Below, one piece after another: positions 1 through 7,899 of a DNA stretch of 40,820 bases. Below the pieces are notes generated by a model. The model was not told the origin of the DNA. It was given only the letters and a program-made list of their open reading frames with translations, and did not search any database. How positions within the stretch are numbered: the stretch's first letter is position 1; every line of letters begins with the position of its first letter. The DNA comes from a virus (Duplodnaviria; Heunggongvirae; Uroviricota; Caudoviricetes), in IMG/VR virus record IMGVR_UViG_2917413769_000008, positions 1 to 40,820 of that record; one strand, 5' to 3'. The translations under genes were made by a program, and so were the position numbers.

Positions 1-915
1 CTATGCTGTTTTGATATCTACGATAACCCAGTCTTTACCACGATCATCATTGTATCGGTCGGTCATTTTTCTGGATTTATGGCCTAACAACTTTTGCGTA
101 TCCAGACCCTGTTCCCGATATAACCGTTCTGACAGAGATCGCTGCTCATGAAATGTGGGCGCAGTTCCTTGCTCCCATTTTATGCCACATTTTTCCCTGG
201 CCTTTTTAAAAGCCGTTGTCAGAGTATTTGCAGAAACCTGGTCTCCTCTGTTTGCTTGAGAGGTAGTGTGACGGTAATGGACCAGATATTTACTAACAAC
301 AGCATCCCTGCACTGAGATATAACTTCACGAAGGGTAATATTCAGAGCATCGCATTTCAGGTTAAGCGGAATAGCAAGTTTTGAACCGGTTTTTTCCTGA
401 GTAATGTGCAACATGTCGTCCCAGATATCAGAGAATTTCAAATTGCAGATATCACCTAAACGTTGTCCAGTAACAAGAGCAAGTAGCATGCCGCATTTTA
501 AATAGGGCTGCCGTCTGCTTACGCTTTCAAATATTGCCTGCCATTCGGGCAGTGACAATCTTTGGCGGTTTACTCGATTTCGCGGTTGTTTTGTTGCCTG
601 TGCTGGGTTAAATCCTGGCGGAACATGTCCTGCGTGTTGTGCTTCTTTGAAGACGTCGATCAACACCATTCTCACGACTTGCGCCATCCTGTTATGACCT
701 TCAGCCTTTACAGCATCAATTATTTCGGCAATATCAAGTGCGGTAATATCCTTGAGGTGTTGCATTCCACAATGCTCACGGAAAAGACGAATGGGTTTGC
801 CTTTTTGCCGATAGGAGTTGGGTCTTAGTTCATTATGTTGCAGCCTGTCCTCCTGGATAGAAATATATTTATCAAGCCATTCTGTCACCGTAATGTCTGA
901 GCGCCTGCCTTTCAT
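1..915 (-). CDS. int: Tyrosine integrase (lambda Int family), core-binding and catalytic portion; longest ATG-initiated ORF, stop codon at window positions 1-3
   Basis: 304-aa ORF aligns to lambda Int from about residue 60 to the C-terminus (HELRSLSARLY / LLGHKS motifs conserved as HEQRSLSERLY / LLGHKS). Confidence 0.9.
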   Translation of the reverse strand: MKGRRSDITVTEWLDKYISIQEDRLQHNELRPNSYRQKGKPIRLFREHCGMQHLKDITALDIAEIIDAVKAEGHNRMAQVVRMVLIDVFKEAQHAGHVPPGFNPAQATKQPRNRVNRQRLSLPEWQAIFESVSRRQPYLKCGMLLALVTGQRLGDICNLKFSDIWDDMLHITQEKTGSKLAIPLNLKCDALNITLREVISQCRDAVVSKYLVHYRHTTSQANRGDQVSANTLTTAFKKAREKCGIKWEQGTAPTFHEQRSLSERLYREQGLDTQKLLGHKSRKMTDRYNDDRGKDWVIVDIKTA

Positions 916-1024
916 TCTTTCCAGACGCTCATTGACGCTTAATATTTGTCGGGTACGTTGTTCAGCAATAATGGTATTTGCTTCAGTAGCAACTTGTTTT
1001 GCTTCATTCTCATCAGTTCCTAAG

Positions 1025-1144
1025 CTATGAAAAACGACCGGATAGTGGATGTTTGTATTGCCAATATACCTTTCCGGTTCGCTTATCTAATTTGCAATAT
1101 AAATTGGGTATAGAGATTTTGTGAGATCGGGGTCTAGCAGCCAT
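1025..1144 (-). pseudogene. int: Integrase N-terminal arm-binding segment (MAARPRSHKISIPNLYCKLDKRTGKVYWQYKHPLSGRFS*) in a different frame from the 1..915 ORF; frames meet at an A5/T5 run (1030..1034)
   Basis: ATG at 1144 overlaps the xis 3' end as in lambda; RSH / PNLY / RTGK resemble the lambda Int N-terminus. Removing one T from the run joins it in frame to ...HSLGTDENEAKQ... of the downstream ORF. Confidence 0.55.
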
Positions 1145-1370
1145 CAGCGATTATCCGTTGGAGTTTTGGGTTTGCGTTTATTGGGAGTTGCGGTTCTGCA
1201 AGCGTTCCTACAAAACGGGAATTTCGGTCAATCATCCAGTAGCGACCAACTTTTATAGCGGGTGGGGCCATCATTTTCCCTTGCGCGTATTTTTTCAGAA
1301 CTCGCTCACTTGGTGCTAAGTCCCCAAATTCTTCTTTAGCCCAGTCCTGTAAAGTGATTAGTCGAGACAT
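1134..1370 (-). CDS. xis: Excisionase (Xis)
   Basis: 78-aa ORF immediately upstream of and overlapping int; N-terminus resembles lambda Xis (LTLQ-W motif). Confidence 0.8.
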   Translation of the reverse strand: MSRLITLQDWAKEEFGDLAPSERVLKKYAQGKMMAPPAIKVGRYWMIDRNSRFVGTLAEPQLPINANPKLQRIIADGC

Positions 1371-1509
1371 TTGTCCTCCTCTTAGCTGCTGAGGGAGTTT
1401 GTGACCGATATATCTGACATGATATTAAGCTCATGGCAGGTACATCTCTTGACTGGTCATAGAGATAAATTTAATGCTGAGAAATGCAGTATTGAATTTA
1501 TCAATTTTT

Positions 1510-1797
1510 CTATTTCCTGCGTATGGCACGTAACTTCTTAATGTGTTCTGCTGTATCGATCTCTTCGGCTATCCGCTCTGATTCCACTTTACTCACAGGT
1601 TCAAAGTCATGATTAAAGCGGAACATGCTGGCGATACATGTTCTGCCTTTTCGGATGTAGTGAACTTTGTTGTGGGTAGAACGCAGGATTTTGCAGGGAG
1701 TGCCGTGGTGGTCGACGTACCAGGTGTTAGGAAAAATGATTCTGAACATTTTTACACCCCAGTTGGACGATGTTGAAATTTGCTGCTTTGAGGCCAT
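1510..1797 (-). CDS. Hypothetical protein, early-left operon
   Basis: ORF whose ATG (1797..1795) overlaps the stop of the upstream TraR-like gene (TGATG coupling). Start choice is uncertain. Confidence 0.5.
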   Translation of the reverse strand: MASKQQISTSSNWGVKMFRIIFPNTWYVDHHGTPCKILRSTHNKVHYIRKGRTCIASMFRFNHDFEPVSKVESERIAEEIDTAEHIKKLRAIRRK

Positions 1798-2015
1798 CAC
1801 AGTCCCCATTGTTTGTTCTTAAGTTCGATCTCCTCCTGGCAACTTGCACAAGTCCGACAACCCTGAACAGCCAGGCGTCTTCGCTCATCTATCGGATCGC
1901 CACACTCACAACAATGAGTTGCGGATACAGTCTGGTAGTTCAGACGACGCATTTTTATTGCTGTATTGCGCTGTAATTCTTCGATTTCTGATGCTGAATC
2001 AATGATGTCTGCCAT
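1797..2015 (-). CDS. DksA/TraR-family C4 zinc-finger protein
   Basis: 72 aa with a CxxC-(17)-CxxC pattern (CCECGDPI...CRTCASCQEE) typical of TraR/DksA zinc fingers. Confidence 0.7.
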   Translation of the reverse strand: MADIIDSASEIEELQRNTAIKMRRLNYQTVSATHCCECGDPIDERRRLAVQGCRTCASCQEEIELKNKQWGL

Positions 2016-2063
2016 CTTTCATTAATCCCTGAATTGTTGGTTAATACGCTTGAGGGTAAATGC

Positions 2064-2092
2064 GAATAATAAAAAAGGAGCCTGTAGCTCCC
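2064..2092 (-). terminator. Rho-independent terminator inside the early-left operon
   Basis: On the minus strand: GGAGCtacagGCTCC hairpin followed by TTTTTTTATT. Confidence 0.5.
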
Positions 2093-2113
2093 TGATGATT
2101 TTGCTTTTCATGT

Positions 2114-2329
2114 TCACCGTTCCTTAAAGACGCCGTTCAACATGCCGATCGCCAGGCTTAAATGAGTCGGTGTGAATCCCATCAGCGTTACCGTTTCGCG
2201 GTGCTTCTTTAGTACGCTACGGCAAATGTCATCGACGTTTTTATCCGGAAACTGCTGTCTGGCTTTTTTGATTTCAGAATTAGCCTGACGGGCAATGCTG
2301 CGAAGGGCGTTTTCTTGCTGAGGTGTCAT
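2114..2329 (-). CDS. Hypothetical protein (71 aa, MTPQQENALRSIARQ...)
   Basis: Internal ATG of the 2114..2395 ORF; this ATG overlaps the stop of an upstream small peptide ORF (ATGA). Confidence 0.5.
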   Translation of the reverse strand: MTPQQENALRSIARQANSEIKKARQQFPDKNVDDICRSVLKKHRETVTLMGFTPTHLSLAIGMLNGVFKER

Positions 2330-2409
2330 TGAACAAGCCCCATGTCGGCAAGCATAAGCACACAGAATATGAAGCCCGCTGCCAGAAAAATGCATTCAGT
2401 GGTTGTCAT
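2326..2409 (-). CDS. Candidate small hydrophobic peptide (27 aa, MTTTECIFLAAGFIFCVLMLADMGLVQ)
   Basis: ATG-initiated ORF not in the supplied track (<60 aa); single hydrophobic helix; stop overlaps the start of the downstream 71-aa ORF. Confidence 0.3.
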   Translation of the reverse strand: MTTTECIFLAAGFIFCVLMLADMGLVQ

Positions 2410-2568
2410 ACCTGGTCTCTCTCATCTGCTTCTGCTTTCGCCACCATCATTTCCAGCTTTTGTGAAAGGGATGTGGCTAACGTATGAAATTCTTCTCTGT
2501 TTCTACTGGTATTGGCACAAACCTGACTCCAATTTGAGCAAGGCTATGTGCCATCTCAATACTCGTTC

Positions 2569-2757
2569 TTAACTCAACAGGAGATGCTTTGTGCATACCG
2601 CCTCCCGTTTATTATTTATCTTCTCAGCCAGCCGCTGTGCTTTCAGTGGATTTCTGATAACAGAAAGGCCGGGAAATACCCAGCCTCGCTTTGTAACGGA
2701 GTAGACGAAAGTGATCGCGCCTACCCGGATATTATCGTGAGGATGCGTCATCGCCAT
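2569..2757 (-). CDS. Small conserved lambda early-left protein (orf60a-like)
   Basis: 62-aa ORF immediately downstream of exo, overlapping its 3' end; matches my recollection of lambda orf60a. Confidence 0.7.
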   Translation of the reverse strand: MAMTHPHDNIRVGAITFVYSVTKRGWVFPGLSVIRNPLKAQRLAEKINNKREAVCTKHLLLS

Positions 2758-3428
2758 TGCTCCCCAAATACAAAACCAATTTCAGCCAGTGCCTCGTCCA
2801 TTTTTTCGATGAACTCCGGCACCATCTCGTCAAAACTCGCCATGTACTTTTCATTCCGCTCAATCACGACATAATGCAGGCCTTCACGCTTCATGCGCGG
2901 GTCATAGTTGGCAAAGTACCAGGCATCTTTTCGCGTCACCCACATGCTGTACTGCACCTGGGCCATGTAAGCCGATTTTATTGCCTCGAAACCACCGAGC
3001 CGGAATTTCATGAAATCCCGGGAGGTAAACGGGCATTTCAGTTCAAGGCCGTTGCCGTCACTGCATAAACCATCGGGAGAGCAGGCGGTGCGCATACTTT
3101 CGTCGCGATAGATGATCGGGGATTCAGTAACATTCACGCCGGAAGTGAATTCAAACAGGGTTCTGGCGTCGTTCTCGTACTGTTTTCCCCAGGCCAGCGC
3201 CTTAGCATTAACTTCCGGAGCCACACCGGTGCAAACCTCAGCCAGCAGGGTGTGGAAGTAGGACATTTTCATGTCAGGCCACTTCTTTCCTGAGCGGGGC
3301 TTTGCTATCACGTTGTGAACTTCTGAAGCGGTGATGACGCCGAGCCGTAATTTGTGCCATGCATCATCCCCCTGTTCGACAGCTCTCACGTCGATCCCGG
3401 TACGCTGCAGGATAATGTCCGGTATCAT
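2748..3428 (-). CDS. exo: Lambda exonuclease (Red-alpha)
   Basis: 226-aa translation matches lambda Exo over its length. Confidence 0.95.
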   Translation of the reverse strand: MIPDIILQRTGIDVRAVEQGDDAWHKLRLGVITASEVHNVIAKPRSGKKWPDMKMSYFHTLLAEVCTGVAPEVNAKALAWGKQYENDARTLFEFTSGVNVTESPIIYRDESMRTACSPDGLCSDGNGLELKCPFTSRDFMKFRLGGFEAIKSAYMAQVQYSMWVTRKDAWYFANYDPRMKREGLHYVVIERNEKYMASFDEMVPEFIEKMDEALAEIGFVFGEQWR

Positions 3429-4210
3429 GCTGCCACCTTCTGCTCAGTGGCTTTCTGTTTCAGGAATCCAAGAGCTTTCACTGCTTCGGCCTGTGTCAGT
3501 TCTGACGATGCGCGAATGTCGCGGCGAAATATCTGGGAACAGAGCGGCAATAAGTCGTCATCCCATGTTTTATCCAGGGCGATCAGCAGAGTGTTAATCT
3601 CCTGCATGGTTTCATCGTTAACCGGAGTGATGTCGCGTTCCGGCTGACGTTCTGCAGTGTATGCGGTATTTTCGACAATGCGCTCGGCTTCATCCTTGTC
3701 ATAGATACCAGCAAATCCGAAGGCGAGACGGGCACACTGAATCATGGCTTTATGCCGTAACATCCGTTTGGGATGCGACTGCCACGGCCCCGTGATTTCT
3801 CTGCCTTCGCGGGTTTTGAATGGTTCGCGGCGGCATTCATCCATCCACTCGGTAACGCAGATCGGATGATTGCGGTCCTTGCGGTAAATCCGGCATGTAC
3901 AGGATTCATTGTCCTGCTCAAAGTCCATGCCATCAAACTGCTGGTTTTCATTGATGATGCGGGACCAGCCATCAACGCCCACCACCGGAACGATGCCGTT
4001 CTGCTTATCAGGGAAGGCGTAAATTTCTTTCGTCCACGGATTAAGGCCGTACTGGTTGGCGACGATCAGCAATGCGATGAACTGCGCATCGCTGGCATCG
4101 CCTTTAAATGCTGTCTGGCGAAGAGTGGTGATCAGTTCCTGTGGGTCGACAGAATCCATGCCGACACGTTCAGCCAGCTTCCCTGCCAGCGTTGCGAGTG
4201 CTGTACTCAT
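3425..4210 (-). CDS. bet: Lambda Bet single-strand annealing protein (Red-beta)
   Basis: 261-aa translation matches lambda Bet; ATGA overlap with exo. Confidence 0.95.
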   Translation of the reverse strand: MSTALATLAGKLAERVGMDSVDPQELITTLRQTAFKGDASDAQFIALLIVANQYGLNPWTKEIYAFPDKQNGIVPVVGVDGWSRIINENQQFDGMDFEQDNESCTCRIYRKDRNHPICVTEWMDECRREPFKTREGREITGPWQSHPKRMLRHKAMIQCARLAFGFAGIYDKDEAERIVENTAYTAERQPERDITPVNDETMQEINTLLIALDKTWDDDLLPLCSQIFRRDIRASSELTQAEAVKALGFLKQKATEQKVAA

Positions 4211-4215
4211 CCGTT

Positions 4216-4512
4216 TTATACCTCTGAATCAATATCAACCTGGTGGTGAGCAATGGTTTCAACCATGTACCGGATGTGTTCTGCCATGCGCTCCTGAAAC
4301 TCAACATCGTCATCAAACGCACGGGTAATGGCTTTTTTGCTGGCCCCGTGGCGTTGCAAATGATCGATGCATAGCGATTCAAACAGGTGCTGTGGAAGAC
4401 CTTTTTCCATGTCGTCTGCCAGTTCTGCCTCTTTCTCTTCACGGGCGATCTGCTGGTAGTGACGCGCCCAGCTCTGAGCCTCAAGACGATCCTGAATGTA
4501 ACAAGCGTTCAT
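4216..4512 (-). CDS. gam: Gam, RecBCD inhibitor (short 98-aa form)
   Basis: Matches the C-terminal 98 aa of lambda Gam; an in-frame stop lies 19 codons upstream, so the long isoform is not encoded. Confidence 0.9.
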   Translation of the reverse strand: MNACYIQDRLEAQSWARHYQQIAREEKEAELADDMEKGLPQHLFESLCIDHLQRHGASKKAITRAFDDDVEFQERMAEHIRYMVETIAHHQVDIDSEV

Positions 4513-4587
4513 GGCTGAACTCCTGAAAATGGCTGTGAAAATATCGCCAGCGAAATGCCAGGCTGATTAGAAAAACAGGAAAGGGGA

Positions 4588-4794
4588 TTAGTGATTCAGG
4601 CCGTTGCCGCGTCCGTCAAGAAAAACTTCCACGAGCAAGTCACGGGTATAAGTGCGCTCGATGCCGCGATGCAGATAAAGCCGTCCGCGTAAATTAGCTG
4701 ATGCTGTCCAGGTACCATCTTTGTGTTTGACCAGCATTCCTGGCATGACCGCACCGCGATTAACGGTCTGCGTTCCGTAATGTTGATGAACCAT
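4588..4794 (-). CDS. Hypothetical small protein (68 aa) in the kil/cIII position
   Basis: ATG ORF with E. coli-like codon choice 75 bp upstream of gam; no recognised family. Confidence 0.4.
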   Translation of the reverse strand: MVHQHYGTQTVNRGAVMPGMLVKHKDGTWTASANLRGRLYLHRGIERTYTRDLLVEVFLDGRGNGLNH

Positions 4795-4964
4795 AAAAAC
4801 CCCTGCCCGTAAGCTGGGCTGCTGAACATATAGAGACTTCTGCGCGTATTCAGGCGGTGGATGGCCGCCGGTGTCATAACTAAGCCGCCTCGTTGAAGCG
4901 ACTGAGGTATGAAGTATCGAGTTGATTTCAGCTGGTCACACCGACGTTCACGCGTCCGTTTCAC
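4596..4964 (-). CDS. Candidate N-like antiterminator with an N-terminal arginine-rich motif (GTG start; alternative reading of the same DNA)
   Basis: First ORF downstream of the presumed pL; GGGAG sits 6-7 nt upstream of the GTG; N-terminus (M)KRTRERRCDQLK resembles lambda N MDAQTRRRERRAEK. It overlaps the 68-aa ORF out of frame and its C-terminal composition is atypical. Confidence 0.25.
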   Translation of the reverse strand: MKRTRERRCDQLKSTRYFIPQSLQRGGLVMTPAAIHRLNTRRSLYMFSSPAYGQGFLWFINITERRPLIAVRSCQECWSNTKMVPGQHQLIYADGFICIAASSALIPVTCSWKFFLTDAATA

Positions 4965-5059
4965 CCCTCGCACTCCCCGTAGCCTGCTGAAATTCAAACT
5001 GCGGATCTAAGCGGTCATCGCAACGGTGAAACAGGTGGTTGCCGTATCGTTGTGTTGTT

Positions 5060-5125
5060 GCGATGAATTTATTTAAAACTATAGTTGTTTTGTCGTCAAC
5101 AACAAAAGTTGTTTTGTCGGTTATT
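5060..5125 (-). promoter_or_regulatory. Putative pL promoter with OL operator repeats
   Basis: Minus strand: TTGACG, 17 nt, TTAAAT; GTTGTT / AACAAC inverted half-sites; a ~30-bp block shared with OR (TTGTTGAC..AAAACAAC(C/T)ATAGTTTTAA). Confidence 0.55.
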
Positions 5126-5237
5126 TTAAATATAACTGGTTGTATTTAGGATGGATTTATTTTGTGACTTGCATCGCATAGCGATAACTGAAGCGAGGTT
5201 GTGGTGTTTTTTTTGAACGGTGTGTGATGAGGGTAGG

Positions 5238-5290
5238 GCAAAAGAAAACCCGGGCCGTGAACTGTCCAACTTTCGGGGGGCAGTTCACGG
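5238..5290 (-). terminator. Rho-independent terminator ending the cI-distal operon
   Basis: On the minus strand: CCGTGAACTG...CAGTTCACGG 10-bp stem followed by a T-rich tract (cccgggTTTTCTTTT). Confidence 0.6.
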
Positions 5291-5380
5291 GGGCAGGGTT
5301 TAGATGATTGGTTAAGAAAGGGTAATAGGGAATGAAAAATCGCTTTGCCTAATGCAAGGTGGCGAGCAGTTTCTTAAGCA

Positions 5381-5821
5381 CTAAAGAAAAAAGTACATTG
5401 ATAGCTTATAAAGTCCTGTTCCTGCAGCGATGATTGCTGGAACACCAAGCAATACCGCAAGCTTTGCGTCTGAAATCTTTCTATCGACAGCATCGATGGA
5501 TGGTTTTTTGGCTAGTGACTCTTTTATTGAATCGAGTCGCTCCAGAACAGCGATCATGTTTCTGTCGATAGATTTGACATCTGTCTTGAGCTCATCAACG
5601 TCACGTCGGATGTAGGACACATCAGACTCAAGCTTTGCAACTTTCGATTCAAGCACATTATTACTCCCAGAGCCACCGCTACCACTTGATTGTAGCATAG
5701 GTACATTACCGCCAGACATACCAGCTGATTGAGAAAATGCTGCGGTGTGCAAAGATGATGATCTTGCCGCTTGTTCAAGCTTTTCAGTTAGGTTTGGAGC
5801 TTCGTAATAACCGTGTTTCAT
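5381..5821 (-). CDS. Coiled-coil protein with Gly/Ser-rich N-terminal region and a single C-terminal transmembrane helix (146 aa); rexB-position cargo
   Basis: ATG ORF 8 nt after the upstream gene's stop; C-terminal LAVLLGVPAIIAAGTGLY hydrophobic segment; heptad-like LESKVAKLESDVSYIRRDVDELKTDVKSIDRNMIAVLERLDSIKESL region. Confidence 0.7.
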   Translation of the reverse strand: MKHGYYEAPNLTEKLEQAARSSSLHTAAFSQSAGMSGGNVPMLQSSGSGGSGSNNVLESKVAKLESDVSYIRRDVDELKTDVKSIDRNMIAVLERLDSIKESLAKKPSIDAVDRKISDAKLAVLLGVPAIIAAGTGLYKLSMYFFL

Positions 5822-5829
5822 TGTTAATA

Positions 5830-6099
5830 TTATGACTTATTGGTTTTAGCTCTATCATGCTGATCGCGAATAAAGTCAGCGAGTTTAAGCATTAAATCTT
5901 CCGTCATGCGAATTGTTGCAATGTTGTACTTTACGCTTTCAGTGTCATTACTACCATCAGCGTCCCATTCTGTAACATGCTGAAAGAAAGATATGGAGCC
6001 TAAGCGATCGTCATCTTCCCCAAAAGATGAATATCCAAATGCATCAGCATATGCATCTACACAGTTATTTGATTTTTTAATAAGTTTTTTATCACTCAT
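5830..6099 (-). CDS. Small acidic hypothetical protein (89 aa); rexA-position cargo
   Basis: Internal ATG at 6099 preceded by GGGAAAGG 6 nt upstream; AT-rich, unlike its neighbours; lies directly downstream of cI on the same strand. Confidence 0.65.
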   Translation of the reverse strand: MSDKKLIKKSNNCVDAYADAFGYSSFGEDDDRLGSISFFQHVTEWDADGSNDTESVKYNIATIRMTEDLMLKLADFIRDQHDRAKTNKS

Positions 6100-6179
6100 T
6101 TTTTGCCTTTCCCGTAATGTTATTTTTATAAAGAATTCTTTCAGCGCATTACCCAAAAGCCTCATCAGCACGCAGCTGA

Positions 6180-6869
6180 TTATCCGTGTTTCCTGTACGT
6201 CTGCGGCATGCTCCCAATAACCTTACCGAATATGAATACCCGATTCATCTCGTCTTTCTCGATCGGGTCCCACGGTGAGTAGCTCTTGTTATCAGAGATA
6301 ACCAGCAGCTTATCCTTCATCATTTGCAGGCGCTTTACATGGGCTGTGTCGTCGTACAGAAACGCATAGATGCCATCACCGTCGAAAGATTTAACAGTGA
6401 TATCAACGAACAGCAGGTCACCTGGTTCGATCGTCCCTGACATGCTGTCACCGCGCACGTTAATGATGCGGATATTTTCCGCCTTCCTGCCATCGAACAT
6501 GTGACGAGCATCGTCAAACGAGTACTCAACCGAGCGTAGAACTTCCACAAACTCACGGTTGATGACACCCGGTCCGGCACTGACTTCTATATCAAGAACG
6601 TCAATCTTGAAGTATTTTGAATGGCTGACAGTTGATTGTATTGGTTGCACGGTACTGTCTGACATATTTCCAACGCCAGAAGATAACCATTCTGCGCGCA
6701 CACCCAAAGCGTTTGCGATCTCCACGATTTTAGTTGTTTGGTTAGCTTTCCCTGTTTCGATTTTCTGAATGGCAGCCTGGCTAACCCCGACCATATCCCC
6801 AAGCGCCTTTTGTGTAAGGCCTCGCGCTAATCTGGCTTCTTTAAGTCTTTCTGAGAGTGTTGTTTTCAT
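6180..6869 (-). CDS. cI: Prophage repressor (cI-like): N-terminal HTH plus C-terminal LexA/S24-type autopeptidase domain
   Basis: Start taken as MKTTLSERLKEARLARGLTQKALGDMVGVSQAAIQKIE (HTH); C-terminal GDSM...K motifs of S24 peptidases; divergent from cro. Confidence 0.85.
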   Translation of the reverse strand: MKTTLSERLKEARLARGLTQKALGDMVGVSQAAIQKIETGKANQTTKIVEIANALGVRAEWLSSGVGNMSDSTVQPIQSTVSHSKYFKIDVLDIEVSAGPGVINREFVEVLRSVEYSFDDARHMFDGRKAENIRIINVRGDSMSGTIEPGDLLFVDITVKSFDGDGIYAFLYDDTAHVKRLQMMKDKLLVISDNKSYSPWDPIEKDEMNRVFIFGKVIGSMPQTYRKHG

Positions 6870-6973
6870 AGTCCAAATGTACAACCAAGGTTTTATTCCA
6901 TCAAACGAAAATGGTTGTTGACTAAAAACAACCATAGTTTTAATCTTGATTCAAATTAACCACGGAGGTTGTT
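6870..6973. promoter_or_regulatory. OR operator / divergent pRM-pR promoter region
   Basis: Palindrome GGTTGTTgactaaaAACAACC (6913..6933) and a wider ACAACCA...TGGTTGT repeat; pR TTGACT, 17 nt, TAATCT upstream of cro; a cI -10 (TACATT) only ~6 nt from the cI ATG suggests a leaderless cI mRNA. Confidence 0.6.
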
Positions 6974-7204
6974 ATGAACCCAGCTATCAAAACAGCGATC
7001 AATATCGTTGGTTCACAAAAGAAACTGGGCGCTGCTTGCGAAGTTTCACAGCAGGCCGTCTATAAGTGGCTTCACAACAAAGCAAAGGTATCCCCTGAAC
7101 ATGTCGGCAGCATTGTTACGGCTACTGGTGGAGTAGTGAAGGCATACCAGATTCGCCCGGATCTTCCGAAGTTGTTTCCACACACCGAAAAGAACGCAGC
7201 TTAA
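6974..7204 (+). CDS. cro: Cro-like HTH regulator
   Basis: 76-aa ORF divergent from cI, GGAGG RBS, HTH-like segment (GSQKKLGAACEVSQQAVYKW). Confidence 0.8.
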   Translation: MNPAIKTAINIVGSQKKLGAACEVSQQAVYKWLHNKAKVSPEHVGSIVTATGGVVKAYQIRPDLPKLFPHTEKNAA

Positions 7205-7273
7205 ATTTCCATTTAACGCTCTTTAACAATAAGCAATCAACTTAACAGTCAATTCAAACTAAAGGAGTCAATT

Positions 7274-7813
7274 ATGCAACCACTTACATACCAACAGACT
7301 AGCGGATTTAGCCCGACTGCGGTGATAAATCGTTCTCAAACAAAACAGGTGCCAGGCCACGAAAAAATCCGTGATGCCGTCCGCGCTTGGTCGGCTGAAG
7401 ATAATCAGGATGTCGTTGCCACACTCATTGTGAATGAGTATCGGGAGCAGGGCGGCGGCACCATCGATTTCCCTGATGATGTCAGCCGTGCACGCCAGAA
7501 GCTGTTCCGCTTCCTCGATAACAAATTCGATTCTGAAAAATACCGAAATAACGTGCGTGAACTGACCCCGGCAATTCTGGCGGTACTACCGCTGGAATAT
7601 CGCGGTTACCTGGTTGAGCAGGATAGCTTCATGGCTAGGTTGGCTGAAATGGAAAAGGAACTCAGTGAGGCAAAACAGGCTGTCATTCTCAACGCACCAC
7701 GCCACCAGAAACTGAAGGAAATTAGTGAAGGTATTGTGTCGATGTTTCGTGTGGACCCAGATCTGGCTGGTCCATTGATGGCGATGGTTACTACCATGCT
7801 GGGGGCGATATGA
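7274..7813 (+). CDS. YdaT-like protein in the cII position
   Basis: 179-aa ORF between cro and O with AGGAG RBS; family assignment from memory only. Confidence 0.5.
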   Translation: MQPLTYQQTSGFSPTAVINRSQTKQVPGHEKIRDAVRAWSAEDNQDVVATLIVNEYREQGGGTIDFPDDVSRARQKLFRFLDNKFDSEKYRNNVRELTPAILAVLPLEYRGYLVEQDSFMARLAEMEKELSEAKQAVILNAPRHQKLKEISEGIVSMFRVDPDLAGPLMAMVTTMLGAI

Positions 7814-7899
7814 CAGGTTCAGAAATGGCGAAAGCCGGTCTGCTGGAACAGAACCGACTTTCAGGTGCAAATCGTAACACACTCATTGCGGGAGGAATT

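Noticed and set aside
818-1030. 70-aa plus-strand ORF, with others at 148..384 and 562..828
   Set aside because: Antisense to the integrase gene; shadow ORFs.
4596-4997. Full 133-aa TTG-initiated ORF as a confident gene call
   Set aside because: TTG start without RBS and a Cys/Trp-rich C-terminal half overlapping a better-supported 68-aa ORF; only the N-terminal ARM-containing part is kept as a low-confidence N-like candidate.
5130-5240. Possible plus-strand small RNA or terminator (ATCGCataGCGAT hairpin and a T8 run) between the cI-operon terminator and pL
   Set aside because: The hairpin is short and the stem before the T-run is weak; not enough structure to call a feature.
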